64,000 bases of DNA. It comes from Spirochaetota bacterium (GTDB lineage Bacteria > Spirochaetota > UBA4802 > JAFGJZ01). The stretch spans positions 17,900 through 81,899 of the forward strand of contig JAFGRW010000054.1 in assembly GCA_016934935.1 (NCBI GenBank). Reading direction: 5' to 3'. Shown in pieces: positions 42,416-51,274 of this stretch; the first letter of the stretch is position 1; each line of letters begins with the position of its first letter. A program made the translations under genes and the position numbers. The notes under the pieces are model-generated. The model did no database searches. It was not told where the DNA came from and worked only from the letters and a program-made list of their open reading frames with translations.

Positions 42416-43942
42416 ATTTGATAATTTTATACTTAATGCAAATAAAAATAGAATTAAAATTACGCAAATGGTGTTCAAGGCATAACTCTCGCCGGGATAT
42501 CGGCGTGACGTTATGCTGTAATGAACGGTTGAAATAAGTGGAAAATTTGCCCCGCTTTGGAAAATATAGCTAATTGTGAATTCTCCAAAAATTAATGCGA
42601 AAATCTGAATAAAATTTCTAAGAAGAACCGGGAAGAGAAGAGGTAACTCAATATTTTTAAATGAGCATAAGAAACCGGCGCCATCTACTGAAGCTGCTTC
42701 AAGTATTTTTTTGCTGATTCCCTTGATATGACTGTACATAAAACTGTAGGATAAAGGTATTGCTAATACTGTATAGCCAATTATAAGAATAAAAAATGCA
42801 GGTACAGAATAGTATATATGGAAAGCTAATATAGAAAGTGAAATTATTGATGACGATATGCACAAAAAAGAATTAATAATGATATTGTAAATTCCTGAGC
42901 CGTTTTTTATAATAATATAGGTTGTAATTGTAACAATTATTGATGTAACAATTGCTGTTAAAAATGTATTTCTTAAAGCAATAATTACGGGGAAAACAGC
43001 ATTGAATTCTGTTGAGAAAAGTTTCGCGAAATAGTTTGCTTTTCTTGTTATTGAGTAAAAAAAAGAGTTGGTAACAGAAAAAAATACAATAGAGAATTCA
43101 AGTATGATAAAAAGAGCAGAACCGATAATCGAATATTGATATTTGTTCTTTTTTTTTATACTCTGTTGTTCAAGATTTTCAGATTTACTTCTTAATATTA
43201 TAAAGTTTATAGCCAGAAGAATTACAAACTGAATGATTGCAAACGATAATCCTTGGGAAATATTCAGATTTGTGTTTATGGATTGATAAATTGCAATTTC
43301 AAAATTTGAAAGTCTTATATTGCCTAGTGAAATGAGTACACCGAAACTTGTGAAACAGAATAAAAAAACCAGGAAGAAAGATCTTGATAGCGCTCCGGAA
43401 ATTGAAGGAATAACAATATGAAAAAGTAGTTTAAGATTAGATGTCGTTTCAAGTGATGCGCTTTCAAAGCGACTGATGGGTATTTTTTTTACAGCTTGAG
43501 ATAAATACATTACATAGATCGGAGAATTATAAAAAACGTGAGCAATTATTACTGTAAACAACGAATATTGTAAATTTATGGGTAAATATTTTGTTATAAA
43601 TGAAAAAACCGTAACAGTTGAAATTACTGGGAAAAAAAAAGGAATGAAAAATGTAGATTCAATTAATGTGGATACTGTAGATTTTTTATTGTACAAATAT
43701 ATAACAGGACATATTGATATTAGAAGAGAAAATATAGCCGAGATTAGAGCTTGTATAAAAGTATAATATAAAATATTAAGAGTTCGATAAGTTAAAACCG
43801 CCTTGAATGAATCAAATGAAAAAAATCGAAAAAATAACGGATAGAACAATATAAATACCGGTATTAATAGAATTAAAACCGGTATATTTTTTTTAAGTAA
43901 TTTCAATCTGCGACCATAATCTTTTCCCAATCTATAAGCCAT
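42392..43942 (-). CDS. ABC transporter permease with duplicated transmembrane domain (iron(III)/thiamine FbpB/ThiP-like)
   Basis: It is 516 aa with about 12 TM segments and two ABC permease (EAA-loop-like) repeats. Confidence 0.7.
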   Translation of the reverse strand: MAYRLGKDYGRRLKLLKKNIPVLILLIPVFILFYPLFFRFFSFDSFKAVLTYRTLNILYYTFIQALISAIFSLLISICPVIYLYNKKSTVSTLIESTFFIPFFFPVISTVTVFSFITKYLPINLQYSLFTVIIAHVFYNSPIYVMYLSQAVKKIPISRFESASLETTSNLKLLFHIVIPSISGALSRSFFLVFLFCFTSFGVLISLGNIRLSNFEIAIYQSINTNLNISQGLSFAIIQFVILLAINFIILRSKSENLEQQSIKKKNKYQYSIIGSALFIILEFSIVFFSVTNSFFYSITRKANYFAKLFSTEFNAVFPVIIALRNTFLTAIVTSIIVTITTYIIIKNGSGIYNIIINSFLCISSSIISLSILAFHIYYSVPAFFILIIGYTVLAIPLSYSFMYSHIKGISKKILEAASVDGAGFLCSFKNIELPLLFPVLLRNFIQIFALIFGEFTISYIFQSGANFPLISTVHYSITSRRYPGESYALNTICVILILFLFALSIKLSNKAEKPSL

Positions 43943-44895
43943 TGATCAAGATTATCCTCGATTTCTGTTAAAGGGATAGAGACGGTTTGTTCAGGATGCA
44001 GAGCATGGGAGAAAACTTCAGGAAGTTCTGTATTGGTTACGGGGAACATCCACTGATTTAAGGGGATTTCTTTTTGAAACATATCCGAAAGCATAAAATC
44101 TATAAATTTTCCGGCTAATAATGTTTGTGATGAACCCTTAACTATTGAGGCCCCTTCAATTTGTAAAAAGGCCTTGCCCCCCGGAATCACGAGGTTATAT
44201 GCGGATGATCCATAATTATGTATTGAATAGGCGTTATCAGTGGCGTAACTTATCATCATGGGAGCCTCTCCTGATTCGAATTTGGCAAATGACTCTGACC
44301 AGCCGGTTGATGACGTCAGAACTGAACCTTTAAAACTTGACCAAAAATTTTTCCAGTTATTTCCATGAAGAGCAATAGTCCATAGTAAAAAATCAGTACC
44401 AGTTGAAGATGTTCTTGGGTCTTGAATCAATAAAGATTTTTTATGATTGAATAAATCACTAAAATTTGCCGGTACTTTTTTTATCTTGTCAGTATTGTAT
44501 AAAACGGCAAGTGCACCATAATCATATGGAGTAGTAAAATAATCTTTATCAAAAATAAGTGAAATATCCTTAATATTTTCAAGCTTTGGGCTTTTATATT
44601 TATCAAAAAGATTATCTTTTTTTGATTGTGCAAGCATAGTAGGAGTTATACCTATTGCGATATCGGCTTGGGGATTATCTTTTTCTAATTTAAGACGTGT
44701 TAATATTCCTGACGTAGAATCAAAAAGAACTAGTTTTATTTTACAGTTATGACTTTTTTCGAAATATGGAACAAGGCTCTTTTGTATCCATGAAAAACTA
44801 TCATAGGTATAAATAGTTAATTGATTGTTATCTTCAATTTTAGTACAGCAAAAGAGGATGGATAAAATAGAAATGATAAAAATTTTTTTTGACAT
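43903..44895 (-). CDS. ABC transporter periplasmic substrate-binding protein (Fe3+/thiamine PBP2 family)
   Basis: It has a signal peptide and a PBP2-like sequence. Its stop overlaps the permease start by 40 nt. Confidence 0.65.
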   Translation of the reverse strand: MSKKIFIISILSILFCCTKIEDNNQLTIYTYDSFSWIQKSLVPYFEKSHNCKIKLVLFDSTSGILTRLKLEKDNPQADIAIGITPTMLAQSKKDNLFDKYKSPKLENIKDISLIFDKDYFTTPYDYGALAVLYNTDKIKKVPANFSDLFNHKKSLLIQDPRTSSTGTDFLLWTIALHGNNWKNFWSSFKGSVLTSSTGWSESFAKFESGEAPMMISYATDNAYSIHNYGSSAYNLVIPGGKAFLQIEGASIVKGSSQTLLAGKFIDFMLSDMFQKEIPLNQWMFPVTNTELPEVFSHALHPEQTVSIPLTEIEDNLDQWLIDWEKIMVAD

Positions 44896-45021
44896 AATAC
44901 ATCCTGAAAATAATTAGATATTGGTTTTCGCTATTGGAACTTAGAAAATTACAATGTCCTGGGAATTGATATTGTATAAGTGCCTATTCCAAAATATTTC
45001 CGTTAGTTCCTTGTTAAAAAT

Positions 45022-45630
45022 TCAATTATCAGAGGTTGCTTTAATCAAGTTTAATGTTTCTGTGATACGCTCCGCAAGTGAATCGTATGTTGCATTAGCT
45101 TCGGCATCGTTTTGATAACCACCAGAAACTTTTGCCCAACCTGTTCCTCCGAAATGAGCGGTTGGTGAACTGTCGCCAATTACAATCATACCATGAATAA
45201 GCATAGCTGCATGAACCGACTGGATAGTTATCTCTTGACCTCCATTCCGGCTACCGCCTACTGCAACAGCGCATCCAATTATGTTTTTCAAAGCAAAATT
45301 ATTTCGTCTAAAAACAACAGTTCTGTCCAGAAACGCTTTTGCTTGAGCTGTCATTGATCCCATATAAACAGGAGTTCCGAAAATAATCACATCCGGTATC
45401 TCATTTTTCAAAGATTCAATCAGAAGTGACATGTCATCATCAATATTGCATGAATAGTTAGAATTGCAATAGCCACAGGCGTTACATGGCGATATTTTTT
45501 TCTGCGCAAGGGTAATCAATTCTGTAGTTACTTCTGAATTTAACAATTGAACTTTGTTAAGAATTTTTTTTAGCACAGAATGGGTCATCTGGTCTTTCCT
45601 GGGACTTGCGGATATTGCTGTTACTTTCAT
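45022..45630 (-). CDS. iron-sulfur flavoprotein / NADPH-dependent FMN reductase family (flavodoxin-like)
   Basis: It has ISASPRK, a compact Cys cluster (CNACGYCNSNYSC) and FGTPVYMGS. Confidence 0.7.
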   Translation of the reverse strand: MKVTAISASPRKDQMTHSVLKKILNKVQLLNSEVTTELITLAQKKISPCNACGYCNSNYSCNIDDDMSLLIESLKNEIPDVIIFGTPVYMGSMTAQAKAFLDRTVVFRRNNFALKNIIGCAVAVGGSRNGGQEITIQSVHAAMLIHGMIVIGDSSPTAHFGGTGWAKVSGGYQNDAEANATYDSLAERITETLNLIKATSDN

Positions 45631-45642
45631 ACTGCTTCTCCT

Positions 45643-46047
45643 TTATAATTTATATGTTTGATTCTTATGCTTTTCAATTATTTCTTTTGTAAGAGTCGGA
45701 TATTTTAAAATATAAATGGCAACTGCAATGCCACATATAATAATAATGAATTTGATATAGTTATTGTCAATAAAAAAGAAACAGGAAAAAAACATAACTG
45801 TCCACATAGAGATCACAGATAAAAACTTTCCTTTTAGCGATATTGCTTTGTAGGTCGTAAACGGTTTGATATAGGGAGCTGTAATTCGATTTGTATGCAG
45901 CTTATTATAAAGCTTGGGGGAGCTTTTAAGAAAACAGAAGGAAGACAGAAGTAAAAATGGGGTAGTAGGTAAACCGGGCAGGATAATACCTAATAATCCC
46001 AGTAAAACAGCGAGAGTGCCAATAGTCATTAATAAAAGGTTTCTCAT
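45643..46047 (-). CDS. ybaN: YbaN family inner-membrane protein (DUF454)
   Basis: It has LGIILPGLPTTPFLLLSSFCFLKSSPK. Confidence 0.7.
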   Translation of the reverse strand: MRNLLLMTIGTLAVLLGLLGIILPGLPTTPFLLLSSFCFLKSSPKLYNKLHTNRITAPYIKPFTTYKAISLKGKFLSVISMWTVMFFSCFFFIDNNYIKFIIIICGIAVAIYILKYPTLTKEIIEKHKNQTYKL

Positions 46048-47291
46048 TTATAACTTGATCCATAGAGTGTATTGCGGTCTCTATTGTAATCACAGATTAT
46101 ATCTATAAAAGTGTTTTGAGGAAACTCTTGGTGGAGATGAACTGGAACATAATACTCATTATAACCTCTGGTTAATCCGTTTCGGCTTTTCTCGGTTAGA
46201 ACAGTAGTTTTATGCTTATCAAATAGTTCAAGATAGTCTCTGTTGTGTCTATCAGAAATATTCATAACGATACCGCTTCTCTCTTTTTTTACAGATTCTT
46301 GAACCTGATTTTGAAACGATGCTGCGGCAGTGCCTTGTCTTTTAGAGTAACGAAAAGTATGTATATGTGAAAATTTGGCTTGTTCCAGAAAAATTAAAGT
46401 TTGTTGAAAACAGCTATCTGTTTCACCGGGAAAACCTGTAATTAAATCTGTAGTAAAGTTGAACAATTTATCGACAGAACGAATTTTTTGCAGAATATCA
46501 AGATATTGCTCAGTTGTATATTTGCGATTCATGGATTTAAGTATGGTATCGCAACCGCTTTGAAGGGAAAGATGTAGATGTTTGACAATTTTATTATCAA
46601 AAAGAAGATCTATAAAATTTTGATCAATGGTTTGAGGTGATAGAGAAGACAGGTGTATTCTGAAATTACCAGTTGCATTAAGCAGTTTTGTTAAAAGATC
46701 AGTAAGATTATTGCCATTGTAATTGTAATTACTAATCATAACACCAGTTAAGAGAAATTCATGATAACCTTCATCGCGTAAAAGTTTGAATTCATTAAGA
46801 ATGGAATCAATATCTCGACTAATTGGGTTACCCCTAACGTAGGGGATTATGCAATAGCTGCAATAATTGTTGCAGCCATCTTGAATTTTAAGATTGATTC
46901 TTGTACGTGTCGAATCAATGGCTGGACTGAAAGAAAACCGGGAATTTTTGAAAGTATCTTCGGGAAGTATAAAACTATTATCAATTAAATCAGGTATTAG
47001 GTATTTATAATCATTAGATAAAAAAATTATATTATCTTTGATAGAAAAAGATTCAACAAAGCATCCAGTAACAATGACATGACCGTTAGGGCCGGCATTT
47101 CTCTGGGCGTGATGTATTAGTGTGCGTGTTTTTCGCTCACTAGCGTGTGTAACTACGCAGCTGTTGATTATAAAAACATCCGCTCTATTACTATTTGTTA
47201 ACAGATGGCCGTTCTGTTTTAAAACAGAAATTATAGACTGTATTTCTGACTGATTTAGCCTACAGCCTAGAGAGTTTATGTGAATCTTCAT
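46044..47291 (-). CDS. MiaB/RimO-family radical-SAM methylthiotransferase (MtaB-like)
   Basis: It has an N-terminal methylthiotransferase (MTTase) domain (HINSLGCRLNQ) and a radical SAM CNNYCSYC motif. Its 3' end overlaps the ybaN start by 4 nt. Confidence 0.8.
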   Translation of the reverse strand: MKIHINSLGCRLNQSEIQSIISVLKQNGHLLTNSNRADVFIINSCVVTHASERKTRTLIHHAQRNAGPNGHVIVTGCFVESFSIKDNIIFLSNDYKYLIPDLIDNSFILPEDTFKNSRFSFSPAIDSTRTRINLKIQDGCNNYCSYCIIPYVRGNPISRDIDSILNEFKLLRDEGYHEFLLTGVMISNYNYNGNNLTDLLTKLLNATGNFRIHLSSLSPQTIDQNFIDLLFDNKIVKHLHLSLQSGCDTILKSMNRKYTTEQYLDILQKIRSVDKLFNFTTDLITGFPGETDSCFQQTLIFLEQAKFSHIHTFRYSKRQGTAAASFQNQVQESVKKERSGIVMNISDRHNRDYLELFDKHKTTVLTEKSRNGLTRGYNEYYVPVHLHQEFPQNTFIDIICDYNRDRNTLYGSSYK

Positions 47292-47433
47292 TTAATAATT
47301 TAAAACCTGAATGATCTATTTAATTTATCTGTTTTACAGAAATATTCTGTAGTCTGATTTTGTCAAGATTGATCTCTCAATTGTAGTCAATAAATGGATT
47401 CAGTTAACAGATTTTGTTGACAATCCTGAGTAT

Positions 47434-49041
47434 ATGGCTATCAATAGAATAATGATTTCGATACATTATATACAAATTCTTCTTATTACTCTAACTATCT
47501 TGCTGGTTCTTCATGTAGTCGCCGGGCATCTTCGATGGCAGGTGAGTTCAAAATACCAGACAGGTCTGATTATTGGCAATATAATATGGACAATCGGAGC
47601 AGTTCTTGAAAAATCTGTATCCGTGGAATCAGGTGCGATATTCTGGTCTAGTTTTTCTTTTCTGGGTTTTATCTTCAATCCGGTTATGCTTTTTCTCTTT
47701 ATTGCAGATTACTGTAATACAATAAATTACATTAAAAAAAAAATTAGAAAATATGTTTTTGTAATCCCATCGATTGAAATAATTGCTCTTTTAACAAACA
47801 GATATCATAATTTATTTGTCACAGATTTTGTCTGGCATAAAGGAGATCTTTCTTATCAGTTTGGGCCTTTGTTCTGGCTAATGGTTGCTTACTTATGGTT
47901 TTTGATCGCTGCATGTGTTTTAACTATTTGCTATTCATTATTTAAATCAAGCCAAAATAATATGAAAGAATTATTTGTTCTTATCGCTATTTGCCTGATT
48001 ATACTGCTGTCTAATTTTGCATACATTGTGAGGATAAATGTTTTATCAGATTATGATTTTACGCCCGTAGCTTTTATTTTGAGTTCCGCATTTATATTAA
48101 TCATGTTTAACAAAAATTGTTTTGCTGAGTTACTTCCGTTAGCGCATAATTTTGTTTTCTCGAAAATAAAAGCAGGAATATTGATTCTTGATAATCAAAA
48201 TCGGGTAGTCGAATATAACGATAATGTTAATAGACAACTTGATGATGCAAATTTATGCATTGGTTATAATATATCAGATTTGCCTGAAAGGTATGCTATG
48301 ATCCGTGATATATGTATGCAAAACAGCTTTTACGAAAATGAAATAATGATACGTTCAGATGCTCCAGAGTATTACGAAATGAGTATTGATGAAATTTTTC
48401 ATAATAACAATCTTTCTGGAAAGATTGTTATGCTATATAATATTACTCATCAAAAAAAAGTTGAAAAACAACTTAAGATAGGTAATAATCTGTTAAAGGA
48501 CAGGTTATTTCAAATAGAACAACTACAGCTGAAATTGGGCGAGCAGGCTTTTAAAGATCCTTTGACAGGCCTTTATAACAGAAAATTTTTATATGATGGA
48601 ATAGCTAAGGAAATTTCAAGATCGGAAAGAGAGAAGTGCGGATTCGCCCTTGTTGCTGTTGAGATGGACAATTTCAACAGTATTGATAACCATTACGGCC
48701 AAAGTGCCGGTGACAGAGTAATGGTAGAGATATCAAATGTTATTGCTGATACCATTCGAAAAACAGATTATATTTGCCGTTTTGACAGCGGGACACTGAT
48801 GCTTATTATGACTAAAATTAATGAAAAAAATATTTCTGAAAAAATGAAGCGAATAGTTGATAAAATTACATCGTTGAAATTTAGCACCATTGCTGAAGGT
48901 ATTTCACTTGTTTCACATTTTGGATTTGCTTTATATCCGCAAAATGGAAGAACACACACGGAGCTATTTTCAAAAATTGAAAAAATGCTTCGTGAATCAA
49001 AGGAACAGAGTATAAACAGAAGTATCATTCCTGAGAATTAA
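47434..49041 (+). CDS. membrane sensor with N-terminal 7TM region, PAS-like segment and degenerate GGDEF domain (I-site retained)
   Basis: It has about 7 N-terminal TM helices and DPLTGLYNRKF. The GG(D/E)EF position reads RFDSGTL, while RKTD (RxxD) sits 5 residues upstream. Confidence 0.75.
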   Translation: MAINRIMISIHYIQILLITLTILLVLHVVAGHLRWQVSSKYQTGLIIGNIIWTIGAVLEKSVSVESGAIFWSSFSFLGFIFNPVMLFLFIADYCNTINYIKKKIRKYVFVIPSIEIIALLTNRYHNLFVTDFVWHKGDLSYQFGPLFWLMVAYLWFLIAACVLTICYSLFKSSQNNMKELFVLIAICLIILLSNFAYIVRINVLSDYDFTPVAFILSSAFILIMFNKNCFAELLPLAHNFVFSKIKAGILILDNQNRVVEYNDNVNRQLDDANLCIGYNISDLPERYAMIRDICMQNSFYENEIMIRSDAPEYYEMSIDEIFHNNNLSGKIVMLYNITHQKKVEKQLKIGNNLLKDRLFQIEQLQLKLGEQAFKDPLTGLYNRKFLYDGIAKEISRSEREKCGFALVAVEMDNFNSIDNHYGQSAGDRVMVEISNVIADTIRKTDYICRFDSGTLMLIMTKINEKNISEKMKRIVDKITSLKFSTIAEGISLVSHFGFALYPQNGRTHTELFSKIEKMLRESKEQSINRSIIPEN

Positions 49042-50023
49042 TGATCTGATTTTTCATAATCATAAAGTCGTGACCTTCGAATGAAGGAGCACGCCTGAAA
49101 AAAAAGGCAATTGTCGGGGGTATGCAACCGAAGACTGTATCTGATAAATAGAAATTTCCAGGAGTAACGTAAGAATTGGCCGCGTGAAAAATGAGATTTA
49201 AAGAATTTGAAACAGATTTTCCTGCCATATCTTCGTTTAAATAAGTAACGTTTCCCAGATGAAGTATTATAGTAGGGTTTACAATAACGGGAGACTTTAA
49301 AGTTTCTCCAGAAAATAAAATTTTGTTCAGAAGAAAATTAAAAATTCCCATGAATATATTATGGTTATTGTCTTTATAGGGAAATAGAAAAAGTACTTTA
49401 TTATCATCGGTTATCCATAATTTTCCATCAAGTGCGCCAAAATAAGATTTTAAATAATCACGTACAGTATTAATTATTGATTCAGTAAATTTGTAGCCAA
49501 AGTGATTTTGTAGTTGAGTTACCTCTTCCAGCCGAAAATACAAAATGTAAAAAGAGTATTCTTTGCCTTCCTGAATTGAATTCCATCCCTTATCCGCTTT
49601 TTTAATGTTCATACGTAAGGAGTTGTTCATAATTACTTTATCGGGCAAACTAAAATTTTTATAACTGCGAATTTTTTTTATTCTGCCTGGAGTAATTGGA
49701 TACGCAATTTCTTTCTTTGAGATATAGTCACAGAATCCAGCAAAAAAAAGATCTGATATGGAAGCGATTTCGGATTTGGGATCGATAATTCCAAAATTAA
49801 TCGCAGCTTTATCTACAAAATCAGATATACTTAAATATAATTGATCTGCTTCCAGACCTTGTATATCATAATAAACCAGGTCTCCCGGGTTTATAGAGTC
49901 TATTGATGTATTAAACATATCCCTTTTATAAATGAATAATTCATAGTCTTTTAAAAGAGAATCAAACAGGGAGCCAATTTTTTTGCTGTTTGTGAAAACA
50001 TATATATTCATGAATTTTCCCAC
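49025..50023 (-). CDS. cyclase-homology-domain (class III nucleotidyl cyclase-like) protein, apparently degenerate; N-terminal unknown domain
   Basis: The C-terminal half aligns to CHD blocks. YSFYILYFRLEEVT lacks the first metal Asp. It also has GKLWITDDNKVLFLF and TIILHLGNVTY. It overlaps the downstream gene by 16 nt. Confidence 0.55.
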   Translation of the reverse strand: MGKFMNIYVFTNSKKIGSLFDSLLKDYELFIYKRDMFNTSIDSINPGDLVYYDIQGLEADQLYLSISDFVDKAAINFGIIDPKSEIASISDLFFAGFCDYISKKEIAYPITPGRIKKIRSYKNFSLPDKVIMNNSLRMNIKKADKGWNSIQEGKEYSFYILYFRLEEVTQLQNHFGYKFTESIINTVRDYLKSYFGALDGKLWITDDNKVLFLFPYKDNNHNIFMGIFNFLLNKILFSGETLKSPVIVNPTIILHLGNVTYLNEDMAGKSVSNSLNLIFHAANSYVTPGNFYLSDTVFGCIPPTIAFFFRRAPSFEGHDFMIMKNQIINSQE

Positions 50024-50931
50024 TGTAAGCGATAAATAAAATATGAGCCGGATTTTTTTGAATCATATGGAATAAAGGCAGAAGCAAGAACTCCTTCGAT
50101 TGATGTCATTACAGTATTTGTTGCAACAGCTGAATTAGGTGGAGAAATATTTTCCAACTTTATAGTATCCATAACAGGATCTTTCGTTTTAAGCATATCA
50201 TGATTATCAATATATTCTGTTACACCTGTATTAAGACCGACTCGAATTTGAACCGGATTATCAAGTATGTTCTCAAAAGTATTGTAAGAGAAAAGAGAAT
50301 GCAAAACTTCAATGCTGCTGTAAAGAGCTTTCGAAGAGTGATCTCCAAAGTGAAAAGCTGTTAGAACTCCGTCTCCCTCAATATGCCATATTCTTCCGTT
50401 TCGCGATTCTGTTGCCGATCTCACCAGATTGTGATACTTTTGATAAAAAGATAATACATCTCTATGTGAGTTCTTTTTAAGATGGATTGTTGACTGAACT
50501 ATATCGTACCATACAAAAGTGAATGTATAATCAACTCCCTGTTGCAGCACGCCCCAGTTTTTACTTATTCTGTATTGAGGATCTTCATAAACTTGCCCTG
50601 TAACCGGATCGATGCTAAACCCCATATCAAAAAGAGTTACAACGATATTGCGTAGTTTAGAAATCTTGTATTTACGCCCTTTGTATCCTTTTGACTGAAT
50701 TGAAAAAAAGACATTTATAAAGGGAATAAGCAGATTAAAGCGACTCATATCATCAACTATCTGTCTGGCAATATCAAGCCTTGGAATATCAAGACTGGCA
50801 GGAAGGTTTGAGTACGCTTGAATGTTATAGTCGGGAATAATTTCTCTGGCAAGATGAATCATGGATCTTTGATCAATTGATTCAGCAAGTGATTGGGATA
50901 CGAGTTTGTTAAATGTCTTATCTGTTTTCAT
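50008..50931 (-). CDS. class III adenylate/guanylate(nucleotidyl) cyclase-homology-domain protein with N-terminal unknown domain
   Basis: It has TFTFVWYDIVQST (metal Asp 1), NGRIWHIEGDGVLTAF (metal Asp 2) and QIRVGLNTGVTEY, the hallmark RIGIHTG-like strand. Confidence 0.65.
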   Translation of the reverse strand: MKTDKTFNKLVSQSLAESIDQRSMIHLAREIIPDYNIQAYSNLPASLDIPRLDIARQIVDDMSRFNLLIPFINVFFSIQSKGYKGRKYKISKLRNIVVTLFDMGFSIDPVTGQVYEDPQYRISKNWGVLQQGVDYTFTFVWYDIVQSTIHLKKNSHRDVLSFYQKYHNLVRSATESRNGRIWHIEGDGVLTAFHFGDHSSKALYSSIEVLHSLFSYNTFENILDNPVQIRVGLNTGVTEYIDNHDMLKTKDPVMDTIKLENISPPNSAVATNTVMTSIEGVLASAFIPYDSKKSGSYFIYRLQWENS

Positions 50932-51274
50932 AGTAAATTTAGATATCTGACCTTTTTTGATAAGTTGAAAAAAAACTATATTTATATTACGATTCTGTGT
51001 AAACCGGGATATAAAATCAATGATCTCTATTTGTATATATAAATAGTGATCATTGATTGATATGATTTACAATATACGTTTTCTATAATAGATAAGTGAA
51101 GGTAATAAAACAACAAATAAATCCTGATTTATTATAATTTTATGAGTTTTAAACAATCCGGCTGGGTTTATTGGTGACAATCTTGAACAATACAAGTTAA
51201 TATTTGTATAAAAAACTCTTGATTATCAAATGTGATAATATATAATTTGTGAAAAAGATTAGCGGGATCAAAAT

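Noticed and set aside
44896-45021. Possible TPP riboswitch upstream of the thiamine/iron-type binding protein gene
   Set aside because: No CTGAGA/THI-box-like elements appear on the relevant strand.
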